From Nitrospirota bacterium (GTDB lineage: Bacteria; Nitrospirota; UBA9217): a DNA stretch of 63,675 nt. The notes beneath the pieces are model-generated. The model made no database searches. It was not told the DNA's origin and was given only the letters and a program-made list of their open reading frames with translations. Numbering within the stretch: position 1 is the stretch's first letter; every line of letters begins with the position of its first letter. Positions 58,860 through 63,675 of this stretch are shown here, piece by piece. The DNA is taken from NCBI GenBank assembly GCA_043731355.1, contig JAYTJE010000068.1, forward strand, positions 1 through 63,675. The letters run 5' to 3'. A program made the position numbers and the translations under genes.

Positions 58860-59735
58860 ATGTTGATAGATAAAAAGATCGCTTTTCTCGGCGGCGGGAA
58901 CATGGCCGAGGCGCTTATCAAGGGGATGCTGTCGGCGGACGTGGCGAAGTCCCGTCAGATGATCGTGACCGATACGTCTTCTGCGCGGCTGGACTACCTT
59001 AAAAAATACAATATCACTTCGGCGAAGAGCAACCAGGAGGCGGTGCGTGAAGCGGAGGTCGTGCTGCTCTGCGTGAAGCCCCAGGTGATCGATGCGGTGC
59101 TTGCCGAGCTCGCGGCCGCAGCGGACAGCTCAAAGCTGGTGATCTCCATTGCCGCGGGCATTACGATCGATCGCATGGAAAAGGCGCTCACGGCAAACCC
59201 CCGGATCATTCGCGTGATGCCGAACACACCCGCGCTGGTCCTTTCCGGGGCAGCCGGTCTCGCAAAGGGAAGCCGCGCAACGAACGAGGACATGGCCCTG
59301 GCGCTCGAGATCTTCGGCGCTGTTGGCAGGGCGGTTGTGGTTGACGAGAAATTAATGGATGCGGTGACCGGGCTCTCCGGGAGCGGTCCTGCTTTTGTCT
59401 TTACGGTCATCGAGGCATTGTCCGACGCGGGCGTGAAGGTCGGGATCCCGAGGCCGCTGGCCCTGGAGCTTGCGGCACAGACGGTCTTTGGTTCGGCGAA
59501 GATGGTGCTTGAGACCAGGGAGCATCCTGCAAAGCTTCGGGACATGGTGACCTCGCCCGGCGGCACGACCATCGCCGGCATGCACGAGCTGGAGAAGGGC
59601 AAGCTCCGGGCCGTGCTGATGAATGCCGTGGAAGCGGCGACCAACAGAAGCAAGGAGCTCGGCGGCAAGACCGTGAACGCATCCAAGAAGCGGGAAAAGG
59701 CCGCGAAGAAACGACAGGCTAAAAAAGACCTTTGA
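58860..59735 (+). CDS. proC: pyrroline-5-carboxylate reductase with a Lys-rich C-terminal tail
   Basis: IAFLGGGNMAEALIKG Rossmann motif. ATG 58860 is 7 nt after AAGGAG. The tail is ...ASKKREKAAKKRQAKKDL. Confidence 0.92.
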   Translation: MLIDKKIAFLGGGNMAEALIKGMLSADVAKSRQMIVTDTSSARLDYLKKYNITSAKSNQEAVREAEVVLLCVKPQVIDAVLAELAAAADSSKLVISIAAGITIDRMEKALTANPRIIRVMPNTPALVLSGAAGLAKGSRATNEDMALALEIFGAVGRAVVVDEKLMDAVTGLSGSGPAFVFTVIEALSDAGVKVGIPRPLALELAAQTVFGSAKMVLETREHPAKLRDMVTSPGGTTIAGMHELEKGKLRAVLMNAVEAATNRSKELGGKTVNASKKREKAAKKRQAKKDL

Positions 59736-59855
59736 CACGGATTTACACGGATAAGAATCGGATAACTGCGGATTTAACGTCGCATCAGAAAAGCATTCGG
59801 TTTATCCGCTTTTATCATAGGTTAATCCGCCTCTTCAGTGTCAAAGAACCTTTTC
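59719..59855. repeat. MITE-like intergenic element, TTTGACAC family, copy 4
   Basis: CTAAAAAAGACCTTTGACACGG ... CAGTGTCAAAGAACCTTTTC. The proC stop TGA (59733-59735) lies inside the left terminal repeat. Confidence 0.6.
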
Positions 59856-59882
59856 AAGTTTCTTAACTACGAAGGAGAAACC

Positions 59883-60173
59883 ATGGGCAATATCATACTC
59901 GGCTTCGCCAATGTGCTGGAAGTCGTACTTGACATCTACAAATGGATCATCATCATCCGTGCGCTCATCTCCTGGGTGAACCCCGATCCTTACAATCCGA
60001 TCGTGCAGGCCCTGACGCGGCTGACCGAGCCCGTGCTCCGTCCGCTCAGAAAGCTTGCGCCGCCCTACAAGGTCGGCGTCGACCTGTCGCCGCTGATCGC
60101 CGTACTGATCCTTTTGTTCCTCGACTACGCGCTTATAGCGAACCTTAAGCAGTTCGCCTATGGCTTGAGATAA
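59883..60173 (+). CDS. yggT: YggT-family membrane protein
   Basis: IIIIRALISWVNPDPYNPIVQALTRLTEPVLRPLR pattern. Confidence 0.8.
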   Translation: MGNIILGFANVLEVVLDIYKWIIIIRALISWVNPDPYNPIVQALTRLTEPVLRPLRKLAPPYKVGVDLSPLIAVLILLFLDYALIANLKQFAYGLR

Positions 60174-60188
60174 TCAGGAGGTTTACTC

Positions 60189-60668
60189 ATGAACATTACG
60201 CCGATCGACATTCAACAGAAGCGGTTCCCCGTGGCCTTCCGGGGGTTTGAACGAATGGAGGTTGAAACGTTTCTGGACCAGGTGCGCGAGGAAATGGAAG
60301 CGCTCATGCGCGAGGTGACCGAGCTGCGGGAGTTCCGCCAGGTCTACGACGACCGGATGTCCGAGGTCCGCCAAAAAGAAGAAACGGTCAAGAACACCAT
60401 GCTCATGACCCAGAAGCTCATGGAGGACCAGAAGGACAATGCCCGGCGCGAAGCAGCGCTCCTTATCAAGGACGCCGAGCTCCGCAGCCAGCAGATCATC
60501 GCCAGTGTGCATGAACAGCGCGTGCAACTCGAGGCAGAGATCCAAAACCTCAAGCGCATGCGGCATCATTTCCTGGAAGACGTGAAGAAGGTGGTCCAGA
60601 TGCACCTGGAGATGGTGAACCACGAGGAAGGCAGTTATGCGGCCAAAGAAGAGCCGGCCAAAGGATAA
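60189..60668 (+). CDS. DivIVA-domain protein
   Basis: MNITPIDIQQKRFPVAFRGFERMEVETFLDQV N-terminus plus a coiled coil. Confidence 0.85.
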   Translation: MNITPIDIQQKRFPVAFRGFERMEVETFLDQVREEMEALMREVTELREFRQVYDDRMSEVRQKEETVKNTMLMTQKLMEDQKDNARREAALLIKDAELRSQQIIASVHEQRVQLEAEIQNLKRMRHHFLEDVKKVVQMHLEMVNHEEGSYAAKEEPAKG

Positions 60669-60951
60669 GGACGCGCAGACCGGCGTCACCCTGTCGGTGC
60701 GCATACAGCCCCGGGCGTCGAAAAACGAACTCGTGCGGCTTGAGAACGGCGGCCTCAAGATCAGGCTCACGGCGCCGCCCGTGGACGGCGCGGCGAACGA
60801 GGCGCTGGTCAGGTTCCTGGCGGACCGGTTCTCGGTCGCCAAGTCCCAGGTCGAGCTCGTCTCGGGCCACACTTCCCGCGACAAGATCGTGAGGGTCAGC
60901 GGGGTGAGCAGCGCGGACGCGGAAAGCCTGTTGCTTAACAAGGGCGAATAG
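60637..60951 (+). CDS. yggU: DUF167 (YggU) family protein
   Basis: LSVRIQPRASKNELV...IRLTAPPVDGAANEALVRFLA...VELVSGHTSRDKIV. Confidence 0.8.
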   Translation: MRPKKSRPKDKDAQTGVTLSVRIQPRASKNELVRLENGGLKIRLTAPPVDGAANEALVRFLADRFSVAKSQVELVSGHTSRDKIVRVSGVSSADAESLLLNKGE

Positions 60952-60966
60952 GGTAGTATGATAATT

Positions 60967-61039
60967 GAAGGTACGAAGGAACGAGGGTAGGAGGGTAAGC
61001 ATTTGCCTGACTTCTTACCTTCTTAACGTCCTACCTTCG
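60967..61039. repeat. imperfect hairpin of GGTAGGA-type purine tract and its complement, just upstream of ssrA
   Basis: GAAGGTACGAAGGAACGAGGGTAGGAGGGTAAG ... CTTCTTACCTTCTTAACGTCCTACCTTCG. Confidence 0.45.
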
Positions 61040-61053
61040 CGATTTAAAGAAAG

Positions 61054-61404
61054 GGGGGCGACAGGCTTCGACGGGGACACGGAGGTTAGGAGTTGCATGC
61101 CGAGGTGCCATGGGGCTCGTTAAACACATGGCAAAAACCAACTGCCAATAACCATGAACTGGCACTCGCTGCCTAATTAGGCAACGACGTCCTGCGGCTG
61201 CCGCCCGAGCGGTTGCTTGGATGTCATAATTCGGGCTGGTTTTCCTGTTCCGCCTGGGGCAGGAAGATGAGAAAAACCGGGCTAGCTATTCCGGAGCTCT
61301 CCCTGAGGCGCCGGATGATGCGAAATTTAAATGAGGGGATAAGCATGTATGAGCTTCTGGCTGATGGTTTCCGGACGCGGGTTCGATTCCCGCCGCCTCC
61401 ACCA
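61054..61404 (+). ncRNA. ssrA: tmRNA (SsrA)
   Basis: 5' GGGGGCG pairs with 3' CGCCTCC-ACCA, including G3:U. T-arm GGTTCGATTCCCGCC. Tag ORF GCC AAT AAC CAT GAA CTG GCA CTC GCT GCC TAA (61144-61176) encodes ANNHELALAA. Confidence 0.93.
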
Positions 61405-61437
61405 ATTAAAGATTTCACAGAGTCCAATGCAGTGCAT

Positions 61438-61468
61438 AAGCCCCTTGAAAACAGGGGCTTTTTCTTTA
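61438..61468 (+). terminator. rho-independent terminator after ssrA
   Basis: AAGCCCCT-tgaaaac-AGGGGCTT followed by TTTCTTT. Confidence 0.65.
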
Positions 61469-61641
61469 TCCGTTGTCCGTGATGGTCTTTCCTGAAAGGC
61501 ATACCCTTAAAATATCCCGATCCTACAGCATTTTTTTGTTGTGTCCTAAAAAAATCACGTAATTTGGACAACGGTAGAGGATAATACAATGGCGAGCAAA
61601 ATTAACCTTGACTTTGCGAATTCTCGTATATAAAATAAATC

Positions 61642-62883
61642 ATGCCTATAAAAAGAAACCTGCTGAGTGATCTCCAGGCTCATCTTCCCAAGAAAGAGAT
61701 GACCTTTCTTGTCGGTCCTCGTCAGGCGGGCAAGACGACCTTAATGCTGCATCTCCAGGATGACCTGCAAAAAAAAGGCGACAAGACCCTTTTTCTAAGC
61801 CTTGATTACGAGCGGGACCAGCCCCATTTCGCGGACCAGGAGGCGCTCCTGAGCAGGCTGCGCCTGGAGTTCGGCAACAAGAAGGGGTATGTCTTCATTG
61901 ACGAGATACAGAGAAAAGAAAACGCCGGTATTTTTCTCAAAGGTCTCTACGACATGAGGACGCCATACAAGTTCATCATCTCCGGATCGGGCAGCGTTGA
62001 ACTAAAGGAAAAGGTGCATGAATCCCTTGCCGGCAGAAAAAGGATGTTCGAGCTTTCCACAATTACGCTTGCGGAGTTTATCAATTACCGGACCGCGTAC
62101 AAATATAAAGACAGGCTCGCCGAATATTTCAGGATAAAAAAATCCGAGGGGCAGGGTCTCCTGATGGAATATCTCAACTTCGGCGGATATCCGAGGGTAG
62201 TTCTTGAGGACACAAAGAAGGAGAAATCGGCGATCATTGACGATATTTACCGGAGCTACATAGAAAAGGACATCGCCTACCTCCTGCGAGTGGAGCGGAT
62301 CGATGCATTCGGAAATCTGATACGAATGCTCGCCGACCGGATCGGCGGCATGATCAATCTCAACGAGCTTTCGTCCACGGTGGGGATCTCCGTGCAGACG
62401 GTGAAAAACTATCTATCCTACGCGGAAAAAACATTCATCATCAGAAGGGTCACACCCTGGTTCAAGAACCTGAGAAGCGAGATCAGCAAGTCGCCGGTGA
62501 TGTATTTCAACGACCTTGGATTAAGAAACTTCGCGCTCCGCCGTTTCGGCGGATACACGGCGCTTCATGAGACGGGATTCCTGTTTCAAAACCTGATCCA
62601 TCAACTGCTCTTTGAGAAGACGCAGGGGGAGGGCGGTACGGTCCACTTCTGGAGGACAAAAGACAAGGCCGAGGTGGATTTCATCATCAACAGCGGCGAG
62701 GGTGTCATCCCCGTCGAGGTGAAATGCAGGGAGATGAAAGGCGGGGAGATCGGCCGCTCGCTCCGGGGCTTTATCGCAAAATATCAGCCGAAGGAAGCGT
62801 GGGTCGTGTCTCTCGGAGCGCATGAGGACGAGAAGCTGGAAAAAACACGAGTGCGGTTTATACCATTTTATGAGCTGTTGTGA
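61642..62883 (+). CDS. AAA+ ATPase (AAA_14 / DUF4143-type)
   Basis: Walker A GPRQAGKTTL, Walker B YVFIDEIQ, and the C-terminal EVDFII...PVEVK restriction-endonuclease-like motif typical of this family. Confidence 0.75.
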   Translation: MPIKRNLLSDLQAHLPKKEMTFLVGPRQAGKTTLMLHLQDDLQKKGDKTLFLSLDYERDQPHFADQEALLSRLRLEFGNKKGYVFIDEIQRKENAGIFLKGLYDMRTPYKFIISGSGSVELKEKVHESLAGRKRMFELSTITLAEFINYRTAYKYKDRLAEYFRIKKSEGQGLLMEYLNFGGYPRVVLEDTKKEKSAIIDDIYRSYIEKDIAYLLRVERIDAFGNLIRMLADRIGGMINLNELSSTVGISVQTVKNYLSYAEKTFIIRRVTPWFKNLRSEISKSPVMYFNDLGLRNFALRRFGGYTALHETGFLFQNLIHQLLFEKTQGEGGTVHFWRTKDKAEVDFIINSGEGVIPVEVKCREMKGGEIGRSLRGFIAKYQPKEAWVVSLGAHEDEKLEKTRVRFIPFYELL

Positions 62884-63155
62884 GTCATCGTCAATAACAT
62901 GATCTGGAGGGCCGCGGTTGATTCCATCGGCTGCACCCTGGGAGAAGCGGCTTCTTTCGAAGCCCGGGGCACAGGGGGGCTATAGGATGTCCCCTTTGCC
63001 CGCCTGACTCCATAATAATTCGAGTTTGCCGCTGAGATCGCCGAAAGAATAAAAAATGGACGAAAGAGGATGGACGGCGGACGAAGAAAAAACTCGTACT
63101 TTGATCTGATGGAATCCAGAGAGGTTTCTCAGAGAGCACCCGTGGGGGAGAGAAG

Positions 63156-63675
63156 ATGGAAGGGAAAAGGGTAAAAGACAGCAGCGTTACGATAGCCCAG
63201 GTGATGATACCGCAGGACGCGAATCCAGCCGGCAACATTCACGGCGGCGTCATCATGAAACTTATTGATACTACCGCGGGTGTTGTGGCCAGCCGGCATG
63301 CCCGCAGTAATGTCGTAACCGCTTCCATCGACAGGCTGGACCTTCACTATCCGGTTTTTATCGGCGACCTTCTTTTTTTTAAAGCAAGCCTCAACTTTGT
63401 CGGAAGGACCTCCATGGAAATCGGCGTCCGGGTGGAAGCGGAGAACCTTCTTACCGGAGAGGTGCGGAACACGGCATCGGCCTATCTGACCTATGTCGCG
63501 TTGGACAAAAAGGGCCGGCCGGCGGCAGTCCCGCCGCTCATTCTCGAGACCGAAGACGAGGTCCGGCGGAACCGTGAGGCGAAAGTACGGAGAGCGGTCC
63601 GGCTTGCCGAAAAAGAATCCGAAGCGAAATGTCAACGCGAACCCGGAAGCTGCAAGGAGCCTGATCAAACCGGGA
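63156..63675 (+). CDS. hotdog-fold acyl-CoA thioesterase (3' end off-window)
   Basis: My own translation from ATG 63156: MEGKRVKDSSVTIAQVMIPQDANPAGNIHGGVIMKLIDTTAGVVA... Open to the window end. Missing from the ORF track because it has no stop. Confidence 0.8.
   Translation, partial: MEGKRVKDSSVTIAQVMIPQDANPAGNIHGGVIMKLIDTTAGVVASRHARSNVVTASIDRLDLHYPVFIGDLLFFKASLNFVGRTSMEIGVRVEAENLLTGEVRNTASAYLTYVALDKKGRPAAVPPLILETEDEVRRNREAKVRRAVRLAEKESEAKCQREPGSCKEPDQTG

Noticed and set aside
61213-61589. ORFs 61213-61482 (+) and 61224-61589 (-)
   Set aside because: They overlap the tmRNA gene and its terminator. The region is explained by ssrA.

Overview
GC-rich bacterial chromosome segment. The gene content (sigma-54/NtrC regulator, many PAS sensor kinases, two-CW proteins) suggests an anaerobic Desulfobacterota-like organism, but this cannot be proven from the sequence alone. 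The backbone is housekeeping. It holds the distal dcw cluster murF-mraY-murD-ftsW-murG-murC-murB-ddl-ftsQ-ftsA-ftsZ (1-12.8 kb), then trmJ, a LOG-family gene, prfC, flotillin and a plsC-like gene. Next come a PAS/GAF histidine kinase with an NtrC-type regulator, RNase J, glgP and a HAMP-PAS-GGDEF-EAL protein with a PhnD-like binding protein. The segment ends with an M1 peptidase, a hybrid kinase, a B12-type radical SAM gene, pgeF-yggS-proC-yggT-divIVA-yggU, tmRNA (61054-61404) and a partial acyl-CoA thioesterase. Three accessory patches interrupt the backbone. (1) 12.8-21.4 kb is a visibly more AT-rich island of about 8.5 kb, inserted right after ftsZ and bounded by a duplicated hairpin. It carries a MerR-HicB fusion gene translationally abutted to a DUF3800 gene, plus a type III-like R-M operon with an AlbA_2/Schlafen-like gene between mod and res. 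I rate the MerR-HicB/DUF3800 pair as the best candidate for an undescribed toxin-antitoxin or defence module. Just outside this island sit two tandem cysteine-rich two-CW paralogues. (2) 26.9-29.2 kb holds an unknown coupled gene pair, VapBC, a CRISPR-repeat-like doublet and an IS66 transposase remnant. (3) 38.6-42.0 kb holds an intact MNT/HEPN pair and a heavily eroded second type III R-M locus, again with an intact foreign cassette (DUF2335 plus a small ORF) in the mod-res gap. Intergenic spacers across the window are populated by several short-repeat and MITE-like families. One of these supplies the stop codons of pgeF and proC. All family names come from motif recognition by eye, and no searches were run.
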